This document shows positions 11,682 through 28,214 of a stretch of DNA of 64,000 bases, in pieces. Origin of the DNA: Octopus vulgaris (taxonomy: Eukaryota). The position numbers and the translations under genes are program-made. The first letter of the stretch is position 1. Each line of letters opens with the position of its first letter. The stretch is taken from assembly GCA_951406725.2 (NCBI GenBank), contig OX597819.1, positions 89,776,001 through 89,840,000 on the forward strand, read 5' to 3'. The notes beneath the pieces were generated by a model. The model had not been told where the DNA came from and searched no databases. It saw only the letters and a program-made list of their open reading frames with translations.

Positions 11682-12290
11682 ACAATAGCGGATCTACAAT
11701 ATTGAAACCCTGAAGCTTAAAATGTTATGCTCCCCTCCTATTCAGTTAGCAACAGTTGGATAACATCCAACAAGGATAAAAGAATTTTCTTACCCTTGCA
11801 AGGAACTGCAGCCTTGAGGCCCTGATAGCCAAAATGGTGAAGTAGTTATGTGGAGTCCTTAAAGATGAGTCTCTTAGTGAGTCCTCTTTTCACCAGAAAG
11901 AAAATGTAGGCGAGCATTTGTGGTTGTTCCATGGCAGAACACCGCAATTTCCTTTCCAAATTTAAGCACTACATTCCAGATTGTGATACTCAAAGACACT
12001 GGTGTGAACAAATATTTTCCACGCTATGCCTTATAGTTTTAGAGTATAAGGGAAGCATTATATACATGCATGATGCATCATAGAATAAAGACAAAACATA
12101 ACAAACACCACAGTTGATATAATCTAATATTAATCTTATATTTAAGACACATATGAAAATTACAAGATACTCTTTTTTTCTGCGTTTTTCTTTTAAAGCA
12201 ACGTATTCCCTTACAGTTTTGTCATATGAGAGCATCCTTGCAATATCATTTTCAAGAGACATTATACATTTAGGCTTCTCAAAAACGGTC
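11682..12290 (-). mobile_element. hAT (Tip100/Zaphod-like) transposon end with transposase C-terminal relic
   Basis: SLENDIARMLSYDKTVREYVALKEKRRK resembles the hAT dimerisation-domain end; caatagcggatcta at 11682 resembles a CAGTGGCGGATCTA-type terminus. Confidence 0.55.
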
Positions 12291-12320
12291 CTTTACACCA
12301 GCACGTCTAATGTTATGTAG

Positions 12321-12353
<33 letters not shown>

Positions 12354-12419
12354 TGTATGTATGTATGTATGTATGTATGTATGTATGTATGTGTGTATGT
12401 GTGTATGTATGTATAATTA

Positions 12420-12510
12420 CTTTTGGGCGATTTTGCGAGGCTGGAACGGATTAATTATATTTTAGTTAATTTCAATGGGAAAAATTGAATTGTAAAACGA
12501 GGTATCACTG
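12420..12510. mobile_element. pogo/Tigger-like MITE end
   Basis: ggaacggattaat...tgggaaaaatt and terminus cgaggtatcactg followed by TA. Only one end is visible. Confidence 0.55.
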
Positions 12511-12513
12511 TAT

Positions 12514-12654
<141 letters not shown>

Positions 12655-12935
12655 GTGTGTGTGTGGGGGGGTGTTATGGAGGAAATTTTTGGACCATGCT
12701 TGCATTTTAAATTCCGCTAGCTTTTTGGGATATGCATAGCGACACCACAGTCAGAAACCAATAGCCAAGGCCGAAGTGAGATAATCGTTTACCTTCGTGG
12801 TGCTTTGATGACCGCAAGATGGCAGCGCGGCCGAAGATCGATGGACAATGGCAAAAATAAATAATCACCTAGGGTTTTACTGTTAAAAACGAGGCTTTCC
12901 ACCTCTATATTGCAAGGAGGTCTCAGGCCAGCAGT

Positions 12936-13007
12936 GTTTGGGGTCTGAAGATGCGCGGTAAGGCTAAACCCTTTATGAGCGAGAAACCCAGGTTAACCCC
13001 ATAAACC
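12936..13007 (+). ncRNA. Type I hammerhead-like fold with an imperfect cleavage junction
   Basis: Stem I ggggt/acccc (extends gttt/aaac), CTGAAGA 12945-12951, stem II containing aagg/cctt, then GAAACccaggtta. The stem III/H17 register is off by one base. Confidence 0.55.
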
Positions 13008-13089
13008 GGCCCACCCCGCTATAATATAAACGGCCCTACATTTTAGAGTGTGCTTCTCCGGGTTTATGTATTTCTACAAACGATTCTCT

Positions 13090-15539
<2,450 letters not shown>

Positions 15540-15544
15540 ATAGG

Positions 15545-16325
15545 TAGATTTTGTACAAATCTCACTAAGGATTAAAAAATGAACAACATTCTGAAAATAT
15601 AAATTCATCAAATGTAAAAAGTAATCTAAATCGCTGAAAAGGCTACTGACAAATGCAAAGTTTTACACAAAAACCACGAAACCAATGGTTAAAAATCTGG
15701 ACGTCCAAACTGTGGAACATGCCCCAACCTAATTGAAGGCTCGGAATTCCAATTCAAACAAAGAGAGGGGTTCATAATTAATACCAACTTCACTTGTGCA
15801 TCCGAGAATTTAATTTATGTTGTAACACAACTATATAGGACAGACAAGTATGTCACTTAAACGGAGAACCACAATACATATGGAATAAATCCGTTTCCCA
15901 AGGTATAGATAGATAACTGAGTAAAAACATAGAAATACGTGCAGAGAATTTCACAGTTTCTCCCATCTACCAGTGCACAGAAACAATTTCTGTCCAAGAA
16001 CATTTAGATAAAGAGAATTTATTTATCTAAAAATACAGAATACGCCTAAATATGAACATATAATCAAATTTGATCATGTACCCATCACCCTACATGTTTC
16101 ATCTCACTACTTTAGCTTATGAGTTTGTGCATGTTTATTTATCCTATCCCAAAATAAGCATTTACCTCCCTTGTCCCAAGTAATACCCATCATCAATTAC
16201 CTCCCCTTAGATTTTTCTACTTGTTGATCCATTCCCAAACTTTCATACAAAAACATGAACTAAAATCTTCTTAAACTACGAAATAACAATAATTTCAATA
16301 AGCGAAAGCGAAACCGGTTGACAAC
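15545..16325 (+). pseudogene. Penelope-like element 3' relic (GIY-YIG endonuclease plus pLTR remnant)
   Basis: Broken frames give KSLKRLLTNAK, GRPNCGTCPNL, FTCASENLIYVV, YIGQT and KENLFI. Downstream gcgaaagc-GAAACCGGT (16302-16318) is a hammerhead stem II/III remnant. Confidence 0.75.
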
Positions 16326-16825
16326 CACAATACTCTTTCATTTAAAATATATTACAACTATGTAAACTGCGCAGTTTCCTTCTTTTATTATATATATGCA
16401 CATATATATATATATATATGCGTTAAATAACGAAGGTAGCTTGTCGCAATATAAGACTAAAACGAAAAATTCAATTGTCTCTAATAGTGACTGAGAGTGA
16501 AGGTAGCACCTACATTGCTAGAAACAAGAGTCAAAAACCCTTATAGCCACAAGAAGCACATTGTCTATGTACTGACAGGGAAAATAACCACCCCACAGCG
16601 AGTAATATTCATTCTTTCGGAAAAATGTCGTAATACTACTCTCTCTAAATATGTTTGATGTTTAAAGCTTAGTAATAATTATAATTGTAAAATTGATCGG
16701 ACTAATACAGAACACAAATCTCCTAACATTAATGGATCCAGAAGATGTTAATGCTGTCTCTCGGAGTATAATACACGATTAAAGTGTTTTGCAATTTTGA
16801 AAAGAGGTCCGATCTTCTGAATCCC

Positions 16826-17097
<272 letters not shown>

Positions 17098-17598
17098 ACT
17101 GACAGATCACGTGATTTTTATATGCTCTGTCTGTTCAGTGACAGACGTCCAGTAGCTGCATAAAGTTAAATCTCATTGCCAGCTGTATATAGAATTTAAG
17201 TAACCGATCAGTGATGTTACAAATAGCCTACAGGTTTATTTTAAAAATAATTAATAGCAACAGAAGCATTATTAGTACTAAAAGGCAATCACTAAATCCA
17301 ACTTAACGTGGATGTATCGTTAGAGCGCCGAATACTGCGTTTGGCTATTTGCGACATCAGTGCCTGAACAATTACTGAAATTCCATATCGCGTTAGCAGT
17401 GAGATTTGGTTGTATACGGCTATCGAACCTCTGCCACTAAAGAGACGGGAAATCACGTGATCTGGCTGTTTCAGCGCCCTAAGCAGACGATTCTGGTAAC
17501 CTATTGATATATATGTGTGCTTTGATGCATCATGCACTCGTATGAGATGTCCTCTTAAGATTAATGACGCAGTATTCAGCGTTCGATATAAACATTAC

Positions 17599-17651
<53 letters not shown>

Positions 17652-17789
17652 GCACCTTTACGTATTAAATAACGATTCTTCGTTTGTGGACACAGACACC
17701 GATCATACATACATGCATACATACATACAGATATACAGCTATATCTGTACATGTAGACAGGTATATGCGCATATACATTCGTATGTATG

Positions 17790-17847
<58 letters not shown>

Positions 17848-18298
17848 GTGTGTGTGTAGCTGTCAATGTGTGTATGGGTGTGTGTATGTGTGTGTGCACG
17901 CGCCTGTCGTTCGAGTTTATAATGGAAGTATTCGCTGTTCTCAGATGTTACGGCTAACTTCTATTAATTAGAAGGCAAAAACCATTTGATTTCCATCCAA
18001 AGTTGCAATTATACTCGTTAATAAATACCCTTTTCACTTCAAAATACCACACAAAGCAAGAAAACGTACGAAAAAAAAAACAATAACGACTAAATAGTGT
18101 AAAGCCAACGTAAAAAAAACACCCAGCAACTTTCTCTTCCGCCATAAATTTAATTAGAGTACATACGACCTAATAATTAACCTCGAACCACACCCTGCTA
18201 CATCCGACACCCATTACCACGTCGGTCATTTTACATCTCACATTTGGGTTATAAACTGTCTGATATATGTACTGCACCCATCCAAACATTATATACAC

Positions 18299-18333
<35 letters not shown>

Positions 18334-18346
18334 TATATGTATGTAT

Positions 18347-18404
<58 letters not shown>

Positions 18405-18579
18405 GAAAGTGAGAAATATGTCTATAGATAAACACAGTCATAGTTACATTCAATGTATACATATACATAGATACGTGCATGTACGTATGTATGTATATGT
18501 ATGCATTATTCATATATATAGAAATAAAAATGTGTGTATATGTATATGTGTATATATGTACATATATATATATATATAT

Positions 18580-19007
18580 AATATCGTGTACATTAGAACA
18601 CATTAAGAGGCTTCCAAATAGGAAAGCCTTGTGCTAGAAAGAGCAGTAGAAAACACAAACCACTAATTATGGATAAATTCTCGAAAGGATTGAAAATTAA
18701 AAACGTTTACCATCTAATTTAGTTCCTAGACCATGGTTTCTAACTCATTCCAGTAAAAAAATCTGGTTGTGTGTATATTTGAAATCTAAAGGCTCCCTAG
18801 TGACGAAAACTACCCTCAGTAAATATTTTTTTCCTGGAATGAGTTAGAAACCATGGTCTAGGAACTAAATTAGATGGTAAACGTTTTTAATTTTCAATCC
18901 TTTCGAGAATTCATCCATAATTAGTGGTTTGAGTTTTTTACTGCTCTTTCTAGCACAAGGCTTTCCCATTTGGAAGCCTCTTAATGTGTTCTAATGTATA
19001 CGATATT
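18580..19007. repeat. ~180-bp-arm near-perfect inverted repeat, PLE pLTR-like
   Basis: 18580-18761 is the reverse complement of 18825-19007, with a ~63-bp spacer and (TA)n nearby on both sides. Confidence 0.93.
18794..18864 (+). ncRNA. Type I hammerhead fold with C3-to-G core change
   Basis: Stem I ccta/tagg, core GTGACGA (18800-18806), stem II aact/agtt, palindromic stem III ACCATGGT, GUC at 18856-18858. Confidence 0.6.
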
Positions 19008-20466
19008 TTTATGTGAATACTATATAGTCTCTTGACTATTTTCTTGTGTGCTAGGCCACTGTTAATAATAATTTCTATAATTCTTATTATCCTAATATTA
19101 TATTATATATATATATATATATATACTTACATAGTTGTCGGTACCTCGATTGTGGAACATGTCCATCTCCTTATTGCTGATAGCCTGTAACAGTTAAGCT
19201 ATTCTATCATGAGGCCCTTAAATGACTATGTAGCACTGGTCGTGTTTAAGTTTTTTGTTTGTTTGTTTGTTTGTGGCAAATGTAAGCGAAGAATTTAATC
19301 AAGAATTTCATCAACGGAGGCTCTGCTCTTATGCATTCGTCTAAAATGGATCTTTTACTCGCTAGTAGATGAGCACAGTTTCGGACATAAACGACAGCAG
19401 TACTCCTCCAAAGCTGTTGGAAATGTATGAATATTAAGCATTACTTGTTTCTCCTGACATGGGATTTTTCATGGCTGAAAAGACTGGCTTTTGAAAATAT
19501 AATACGACAACAGACAGCGCAGGGAAACTCAATTCTTGGTCCTCTATTATGCAAAAACTTAAACAGCGTACAGTTTTCAGGGATTTCGCCATTCACTCCT
19601 TATGAAGTACTCATGTTGAAAGATTTTAGGTTGCCCTTCGAGCCATCTATTCAGTTTCACTCATAGGGATTGTGTTGACCGAAGACTGTGATAAATGACA
19701 CTTTTTAAAATTAAGATGTCGTAGGATCGAACTCAGAACTTAATGATTGCGAAATGAACTTCTCAACTATTTGAAAATAACTGCATGAATTTATATGTAC
19801 AAATATACTGTGCTTAAAGACAGAATTATATATCTCATATATATTACACACACACACACACGCTTGCATCGTAATTCTCACGATATATATTTCGTGTCAC
19901 GCTTAGAAGTGGTGCACGATATCAGAAATTTTGGCACGAGTCAAATACAACAAACTACTCCAATATCCATATCAGTAAAGTCTAGACCGGTTAGCTTGTA
20001 CTGGCATCGAATCGATGCATTTCTTCTTATATCTACGTATTAAACGACTTCAAAATGTCACTATTTGGTCTGGCTTGATTTTGAAGCTGTATATAATATA
20101 TATGCATGAGATTTGGTGTCGTAAACAAAATGTTATACAACCTAATCCGTCAAGTAAATAATGTATATAATTCCCCATCTCTTAAATATAGAACTGTATC
20201 AACGTAATCCATAGAAAATATAGTCCCGAAGACAGAAATATAAAAAGTTACAGTGATACTAAAGCAATACTCACTCATAATGTTTTATAATAGAGTTTTA
20301 GTGGAATGTTCCTGTCAAATCTTCAGTTAAAATGAAAGCGTTATAAGAATGAATATAATGACCTGCGCAGTGGAAAAGAAACTGTATACATCTGTCTTCG
20401 TTTATCATGGGGAGGGGGGTTATAGTTCTAAAAAAGGCAGTGATAAATGAATCGTCTCCATGCACT

Positions 20467-20549
20467 TTGTAAATGAAACGAATGGTTGATTCATTGACAC
20501 CAAACACGAGGCCCACGGCAGCAAAGCTTCGACCGTCTGTCTTGATCAT
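20467..20549 (-). pseudogene. pogo/Tigger transposase N-terminal HTH relic
   Basis: GRSFAAVGLVFGVNESTIRFIYK matches the CENP-B/psq-type helix-turn-helix pattern. Confidence 0.7.
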
Positions 20550-20895
20550 ATCTGCCTTTTCCTCTTCATTTGCGTCGTTTATTAGAATCGTATACTTTTA
20601 TCTACTTGTTCCATGTCGATAGGTACAAGTACACAAATCAGTGTAGAAAACATATTCAGATTTGCAGTATGATCTTGTATTCACTGACGATAAGAAGTGC
20701 ATTCTGAATAACTGAGCATTATGGGTGGTCGCAGATGGGGGGGGGGATTCTTGCAGTACAAGTAAAATTTTAGACTGATCAACGACCCTTTTCATCACAA
20801 ATCAGTCCGCATTAAGCGTAGCGTGGTTCGTAACTAACAGTATCGTGTTATCCCGGATCTGCGATGTACAAATCAGTGAAAAACGAGGCTATATG

Positions 20896-21175
20896 TTCAG
20901 TTGCCTAGCTGATGTTAACAAAACTGTTAATGATGAGAGAAAAATGGGGGAAAAACTATGCCGAATTAATGAGATATCTACGGGTATTCTGCCAGGATTA
21001 TAACTTGAGATTTATTTCTATAATTATTGCGGCGACTGGATATGAAACAACCTCAAAGTAAATCTTCAGATGTTGGTATTTGCAAAAGCAGGAAGGACAC
21101 GGTTAATTAGGAAATTACAACTTAAAGCTATTAATGAAACTGAAAATATGCAAAATATTCCAGAAGTTTCAGCCT
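20896..21175 (+). pseudogene. Second, more diverged R4/Dong-like RLE C-terminal fragment
   Basis: NYAELMRYLRVFCQDYNLRFISIIIAATGY; nucleotide similarity to 5300-5520 (taattattgcggc, ttccagaagttt). Confidence 0.7.
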
Positions 21176-21809
21176 GTATTAAGTTAATAAGTGCATATAC
21201 GCATTCTGGGAGACATAGAAGTATATAATTACACCGACATACATAAATCGAAACAATAAAGATTTCACATATACTTTAAACACACACACACGAACGCACG
21301 CGCAAACACATACTCACACGCACACGTAAACATATACACACGCATGTGATCTCACATATTCCTTGTAAAGCCACCGTGAACCAGTTCTTAAGTAAATCGG
21401 ATAAACCGAATTGCATATCGTTAGTATTCTAAGTCGGCTAAAAAAACGACAATATTAACAAAGATAGTTAAACAGTAACCCGGTGAAGAGTTAAAAGAGA
21501 GTAATCGGTCACTGACGAGATCCAAATTCCATTGTAATGACTGAAACCAGTCAGCCTGGTCCTACCTTTTCTGTTTCTGTCCACGAAGGTCTGGAGGAAG
21601 GGACAATTCTCAGGATCGTTGCAGGATCTCTGAGATCAGTGAGAGCAATTCCATAAATTTGTTGTTTCTAGGAAGAGTCATTATGCTAATATAATTAACA
21701 CACGCACCGGTTCAATTCCACTCCTTTATTATTAGTCAATTGGTTAAATATCCAACTAACTAATCGATTGTTTGATTTGTTTTGTTTTTGTTTGTCAAAG
21801 ATCTTTCGT

Positions 21810-23150
21810 TGTTACTTGCAACCTTTTCAATAACTATTGACTTAGTCTGTTATAGAGGCCGCGTTTGTCTGTTTGAGATCTTGGTGATCCCATAGGTGTT
21901 CCTCTAGAACCATTGTATTTTATCGCTTGAAGAAAAGAAGAGAAATAAGTATGTGGGGAGCTCCGGAGAGGCTGATGTTTTAGAAGGAAGAACTCGGAAT
22001 AGTTTTTAGTAGAAGGGTTAAACACAAGGCTGACAAGACGAGGAGGTATGTGCCAAACCAGTTCTGAGAAACAGAGGTCGTTATAGAAAGAGGCCACTAG
22101 AAAAAGGAGGGAGGGAGGGAAAGAGAGACAGACAGAGACAGAGAAAGGGGTGGGATGAGGGTCATGACACCTGTTGGTTACAGGTGGATGCTTCTATATG
22201 AGTGACTTTATACCGGTCAGTCGAGTAGTCAATTTTTGCATACCCTCTACGATGTCTGTGTGTATAGCAACAGTACTGCTTCAGATCTGAAAACATAACT
22301 TCATAAAAAGCTTCTCATGAACGTTGTAGAGCATTAAAAACTGATGGGTTTGTTGGGAGACATCTGGCTTTTAAGGGAAGGGCCAGTCGGAACTAGCTAT
22401 GGTAAGGATATACTTCCACCTGAAGTGATAATAAGGCCCAATATTGGGATTGATCGTGAAGTATCAAGTTTTGTACTGCTCCTAATTAAGAATCAAGGGA
22501 GGGGTTGGTATGACGGTGTTTCCTTGATATAACAAGCATCTGTGTTTTATTACTGTTGAAAGTGACAAGATTAACATATTCTTACTGTCCTAGAATCGGT
22601 GCGCGTACAACGTGTGGGGTATACATTGCAAGTAGTAGTTAATGCATGGTTGGAGAAGGTTGGATAAGGGGAACGTGCTGTATCATCAGCGTAAGAGTGG
22701 ACGTTGTTTGACGAGATAGCAAGTAATTCAGTGTAGAAGGAAGAAAGCCGGGGACAAAACTGAAACTTGAAGCACGTCAGAGTTGATAGAATGAGAAACA
22801 AAAGGAGTCCCATCAACATATTCTACGATGTATGATCTGGTAGGAAGCTATCAATTCAATGCAGTAGTGGTCGGAGGATACGATAGATAGAGAGGACACT
22901 GTTACAGTTGGCAGAGATTAAGTTTGTTGGTGAGAAAGAGATCAAAAGCGTTTGGAGTATGAGTGTCAATTTAGAATATGTGCAGAAGATGCGATAGTGA
23001 AGAGACTTGAGGGTTGCAAAGGATTCGGTTTCTGCACCGGCAGCATCTGCATGCGAAGAGTGAGAGCCAGAAGAATTATGGGATTTGAATTGACTGAGGG
23101 CGATAACTTCAGAGAGGGCAGAATCGAGATATACTCTTCAATATAGAAAT
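21810..23150 (-). pseudogene. Old L2/Crack/jockey-group LINE RT relic
   Basis: SSNNVHSYADDT RT motif in ORF 22571-22819, and C-terminal FYNDLCFSELVWHIPP in ORF 21834-22097. Heavily decayed. Confidence 0.6.
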
Positions 23151-23429
23151 AGTTATGGTCGAAGCCTTATGCTAGTTGTTCGGGAGAATTAAACGAACGA
23201 TATTTGCGGTAAACACTTGTTTACTGAGGATGTTGCAGCACTTCACCTTCGAATGGAGAAGTCGATGTCTCAGCAGGCGGTGAAGCAGCTCCGTATGTAT
23301 TTCGGTCCTTTCCACTAGAGCTGCCTGGAGCCAGCCACCGATGTAGGCGCAATAATTCCCGCATAACAATTCAAGCTTTGTCGAGCCAGATGTTTAAACT
23401 ATGGACCAGATGTTTCTACCATCCTCAAT

Positions 23430-23670
23430 GCTCGTTCTTGTTGCACCAGTCGTCCTCTCCCTTGAGTTAGATATAATGGCTTGCTTAATCAGCGAATTTT
23501 CTGGCAATATCTTTTCTCTCCTCCGCAACTGGTCGAAGACTCGTGAGCATCAAGTGAACTCTGCTTCCAAGAAATCCTCTAACATCTTTCTCTACATGAA
23601 GGCATATTGACTCATATCCTTTTGTTTCACAGAGTTCAATCAACTTACTGAATTTTTTTTCCTTTCCCAA
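23430..23670 (-). pseudogene. Hero-like RLE C-terminal relic
   Basis: KKFSKLIELCETKGYESICLHVEKDVRGF resembles the KxxKY...VEVGCRGF end of Hero-clade proteins. Confidence 0.5.
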
Positions 23671-24184
23671 AGAAAGCTGATGTATTTGGGGTGCGAACGA
23701 AGGAGATATTGAATCAGAGTAACTAAAAGTTGTTCTTGCTGAAACCCAGATATGCAAGGTGAATGACAGGGAGAATGAAGTCTACGCATAGACAGACACA
23801 AACATTTGAAATTAAGTTAGAATAAAGAGTATAGCCTGGAGAGTTGGGATGGATTGGAGAGAAGGGTTAAGAAACACGTTTCGGAGAGGAAAGTTGTCCA
23901 GAGTTTACTTCTGGTCTTTGGCGTTTTTAGGAAAAGTAAAACATGGAGGTGTAGCGCTGGATCACGGCAACCTCCTAGAGGAAATCCGGGTCGAATACTT
24001 ACAATACAGTGAACTCCGCTAAAGGCATCCAAGGGCCAGGTGGCATTGTCAAAGCGGGTGGTGTCATATACCTCAGACCCAGGAAAGAAGGTTTTATTCT
24101 ATGCTATATTTCACAGGATTACATTATCTTAGAGGAGTAGTAAAGAATATTGGCTTCGAAGAACAGAAAATATTTCCCCATCAT

Positions 24185-24224
<40 letters not shown>

Positions 24225-24225
24225 A

Positions 24226-24260
<35 letters not shown>

Positions 24261-24463
24261 CAGCAGTAGTAGCAGCAGCAGCAACAACAGCGGTATCTGT
24301 AGCAGTAGTAGTGGTGGTGGTGGTGGTGGTGGTGGTAGTAGTAGTAGCAGTAGTAGTGGTGGTGGTAGTAGTAGTAGCAGCAGTAGTAGCAGCAGCAGCA
24401 GCAACAACAGCGGTATCTGTAGCAGTAGTAGTAGTGGTGGTGGTGGTGGTGGTGGTGGTGGTG

Positions 24464-24494
<31 letters not shown>

Positions 24495-24495
24495 C
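24185..24495. repeat. Compound (GTA)/(GTG)/(GCA) trinucleotide repeat with a 120-bp higher-order duplication
   Basis: gcaacaacagcggtatctgtagcagtag occurs at 24281 and 24401. Confidence 0.9.
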
Positions 24496-24537
24496 GGCAT
24501 CATCAATGATGTAATTCCTCATCTTCTAACAACTGAA

Positions 24538-24601
<64 letters not shown>

Positions 24602-25254
24602 AGTGTGTATGTATATGTGCATGAGTGTATGTGTGCACGAGTGTTTGTGTGTGTGTGTGTGTGTCTGTGCGTGTACATAGCGTGTCGGATGAGAGATATG
24701 TACATACATACAAACATACATACATACATACATACATACATACATACATACATACATACATACATACATACATACACAAATAGACACACATCCTTTTATA
24801 TGCATGCACAAGTCACCATTGTGACCTACCAACAACACAACTTGGCAGTGAAATGCCCTGTTGCATTCACAATGACACATTCACTAACCTGGCTTCCGTT
24901 CACGCTTTTGATTCTGGAATCTTATGGTGCATCACTTCCGGCACTCTCTAGTAATAAATCGATAAAGCTGAAATTGTAAGGTAATATGTCAGTTTAACTC
25001 CTCATACGGAATTTTCACCCTTTGAGCACTCTAAAAGGGGAAAACATCCCTTCTGGTCATTTTTTAATGCTGGGTCAGGGAATAATTGTTTCAGTTATTC
25101 TTGGTAATTAAATTTGATTAATGGATTATTATTTCCCCCCTTTTACCGTGAACTGCTGTAGCTCTCATTTATTAGTTCACGGCCTGACATCTGCTGCTAA
25201 AGGTATTTATAAGCGTTATTATTTTTAAAAGCATGCATGAACTGCCTTTTACGA

Positions 25255-25448
25255 GAAGCGGGCCGCAAGAGACATGACTAATCACCAGGCAAGTCAAGGT
25301 AATATAAAAATAGTCAAGGTAATATTTTTTTTTCTTTGATAGGCGTGCTGATCACGCGGGCCGCACTGCTAAAAGAAAAAAATCGAGGTAATTTTTCGTT
25401 AGGCATGCCATTCAGAATGTTCTGCGGGCCGCAATTTGCTGATGACTG
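25255..25448. mobile_element. hAT (Charlie-like) terminal relic
   Basis: Three gcgggccgca subterminal motifs, ending gcgggccgcaatttgctgatgactg. Confidence 0.5.
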
Positions 25449-25882
25449 TTTTAAAGGTGGGACATGCTATGTTCAAATCATTTGCTTTACAAGTTGACTT
25501 CAGATATGTTTTTGTACACGCACGGGCACACACACACACACACACACGAGTGTCATGAATATCTGATGTTAGCTCTTTATATCAGCAGACGTTGCTTGTA
25601 CTCGTATTCGTTGATGTTTTAGCCCCAGTTTTATACTTTCGGTTTTCTAATTCCATTTATTGTTTCGCTGGTTTTCTAAGTTTATAAAATTGGAAAGTCA
25701 TTTACCATACACACACGCCATTTGTCATATATACATGTAGACTCACATATATACACACGTACGTGTGTGTATGTGTGTGTAAGCAAGTGTGAACATGCTA
25801 TCTTAAAAGGAGCATGTATGAATCTTTATATTTTGTTTTGTATACGTTGCGAAAGTGTAGTGCTTATTTCTCAATAAAAACG

Positions 25883-25929
<47 letters not shown>

Positions 25930-26880
25930 ACACACACACACACATGGAGTAGGTGTTAGGATATTGTTTTTGTGCAGCTAACATCCCCGCAATTCTTCCG
26001 CGATTCGTCCATTAATGGTGACAGTCGTAATATTTTTGTACATGACAGGAATAGGGATGTTTCTGTTGGTAGACGTATGACTTGCTATATATTTTCGGCA
26101 TCTAAAAGGAAAGGGAATTAATTATATCGTTTGATGATGGTGGGGGAGGTTTCTCACGCATGGCTTGACGTTCAAAGCAGACAAGTCCATATTAGTGTGT
26201 AAAACTAACAGTCAGTGCCCGTCCTGTATAAGCAATGAGGGTTTTTCAATACGTTTGTTCTGTCATGATGTTGGTATGATTGTATCGGTTGCATACCCTT
26301 CCAATGTCCTTCCAATCGACTACATTTATTTTTTTGTACCACACGTGACAGAGAGGTGTGTGTCATGACTAAAGTGTTCCCTCTACACTGTATTAATTTT
26401 TATTCAAGGTTACTGCTCTATAAACAGGTTGTCGTCATTGAAGCTTGCGGTGTGCACTTCTCTCCCGCGTAATTTCTTTTATTCAAAGGAATTGCTCTCT
26501 TAATCGGTACGGTGCTCCCCACTGCCTATCTCTGTGCCGAAGTTCGTTTAGAATTACTGATGTCTTTTTTGGTTCAGATTTACTATGACTCGTGTCTCCC
26601 TGCATTGCTAGAGAAGGTGCTCTCAGTATGGCTGTAGAATGAAAGGAGAGATTTGGAGAAGAGATGTGACTTGAGATAGACCAGTGGGTTTGATTGGAAT
26701 ATTGCCAACTCCCAGTAAACTCTCAGAGTTTACTAGGAGTGGAAGAGGATACTTATAAAAGACTGGCGAGTTTTGTTTAGTCGACTGTGAAACCACTTCT
26801 CTCCGTGGTACTTCTGAGAATGCCCACAAAATAGTTGTAGGAAAAGGAAACTCATGATAGCCTGGTAGATTGATTTAGAG

Positions 26881-27168
26881 CAGGGATTCTCAACTATTTT
26901 TTTATCTATGGATCCCTTAGATTATTATTTTATTTTGGTGGATCCCTAAAGCTATTCAATGTTTAAAAACTAGTTTAATAGAAACTTCTTTCAAAATTCC
27001 TATTTTGCTTTTCACGCATTAAGTTATGTTGGTTGGAGTATGTAAAAGGTCAGAGACAGTAACCTAGCTGACTCTTACAATACATACGAATACATACATC
27101 AAAAGCAAATTTAATATGTTGTTGCATAAACCCTCATGGGCCATATAGACCCCGGTTGAGAACCATTG
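26881..27168. mobile_element. hAT-type MITE with 8-bp TSD
   Basis: TIRs cagggattctcaac / gttgagaaccattg; ATTTAGAG duplicated at 26873-26880 and 27169-27176. Confidence 0.93.
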
Positions 27169-27407
27169 ATTTAGAGTGTATATAAAGTTCCTGAAAGTAG
27201 ACGGTAAGCTTACAACTGACTGGTGAAGGAATTGGAATAATAGTAGCTGGATACATGTCTCGATAGGCGGCATAGTATCCTATAACAATTGGACATAAAA
27301 GTTGCTTCTACTATATAGAGACAAAAGAAGTATCTTATAAACGAAGGTCTGAGACATAGGCTGTCTGCATTGACACGCAAATTCGTGAAGCGTTCCATAT
27401 TGTTTGA

Positions 27408-27638
27408 AAGGTGGCGAGCTGGCAGAATCGTTAGCACGCTGGGCGAAATGCGTAGCCGTTTTTCGTCTGCCGTTACGTTCTGAGTTCAAATTCCGCCGAG
27501 GTCGACTTTGCCTTTCATCCTTTCGGGGTCGATAAATTAAGTACCAGTTACGCACTGGGATCGATATAATCGACTTAATCCGTTTGTCTGTCCTTGTTTG
27601 TCCCCTCTGTGTTTAGCCCCTTGTGGGTAGTAAAGAAA
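27408..27638 (+). mobile_element. Nin/Deu-domain SINE, tail Q
   Basis: tggcagaatcgttagc head, gagttcaaatt B-box, gtcgactttgcctttcatcctttcggggtcgataaattaagtacc central domain; same as 29797-30030 and 50593-50818. Confidence 0.85.
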
Positions 27639-28174
27639 CAATATAGTTTAGCTGCTGCGAGAATGTATCTTGATGTCTTGAAGGAAATTGGTTGTGTGGT
27701 TGGAACGTAGGTAAACTGCTTGAAAACAATCTGTTGAAGACACATTTGAATATATAAACTATAAAAATATATATCAATGTTTCAACTAATCTTTTCAGAC
27801 AGAATTTATCGCCTGACGAATTCAGACAGAATTCGTCGCCTGGATTTGCATTTATCCCAATTGCTAGGAATAATTATTCATTAATTAGCAGTCCATTGAA
27901 GTAACATATAAACTATAAATACATGTCATTGTCTCACCTAATCTTTTTTTGTTTTTTTTTTTCAGACAGAATTTGCATACTTCGTTGTCTCAGTTTAGCA
28001 TATTAGCATATATTCCAATTGCCAAGAGTAATTATTAATTGATTAATAATTAGGAAAATAATTTTAAAAACAGCTAATATCTTTGCTGAGCTTCCATTCT
28101 GTCCTCGAGTCTGCTCAATGACATTATAAAATTTAGAAACATATGCTGACGTCTTTCAAGATATAAGTACATAT

Positions 28175-28214
<40 letters not shown>

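Noticed and set aside
17100-17470. Inverted cagatcacgtgattt motifs at ~17103 and ~17450
   Set aside because: Only ~15 bp with a self-palindromic core, no TSD and no second copy in the window.
21505-21556. CTGACGA...GAAACcaGTC hammerhead-like spacing
   Set aside because: Stems I and II do not pair convincingly.
24101-24522. Poly-V/poly-T/poly-LP ORFs resembling mucin or membrane proteins
   Set aside because: Trinucleotide repeat open in several frames on both strands.
27821-27848. CTGACGA within the gacgaattc/gaattcgtc hairpin
   Set aside because: Simple local inverted duplication with no GAAA core partner.
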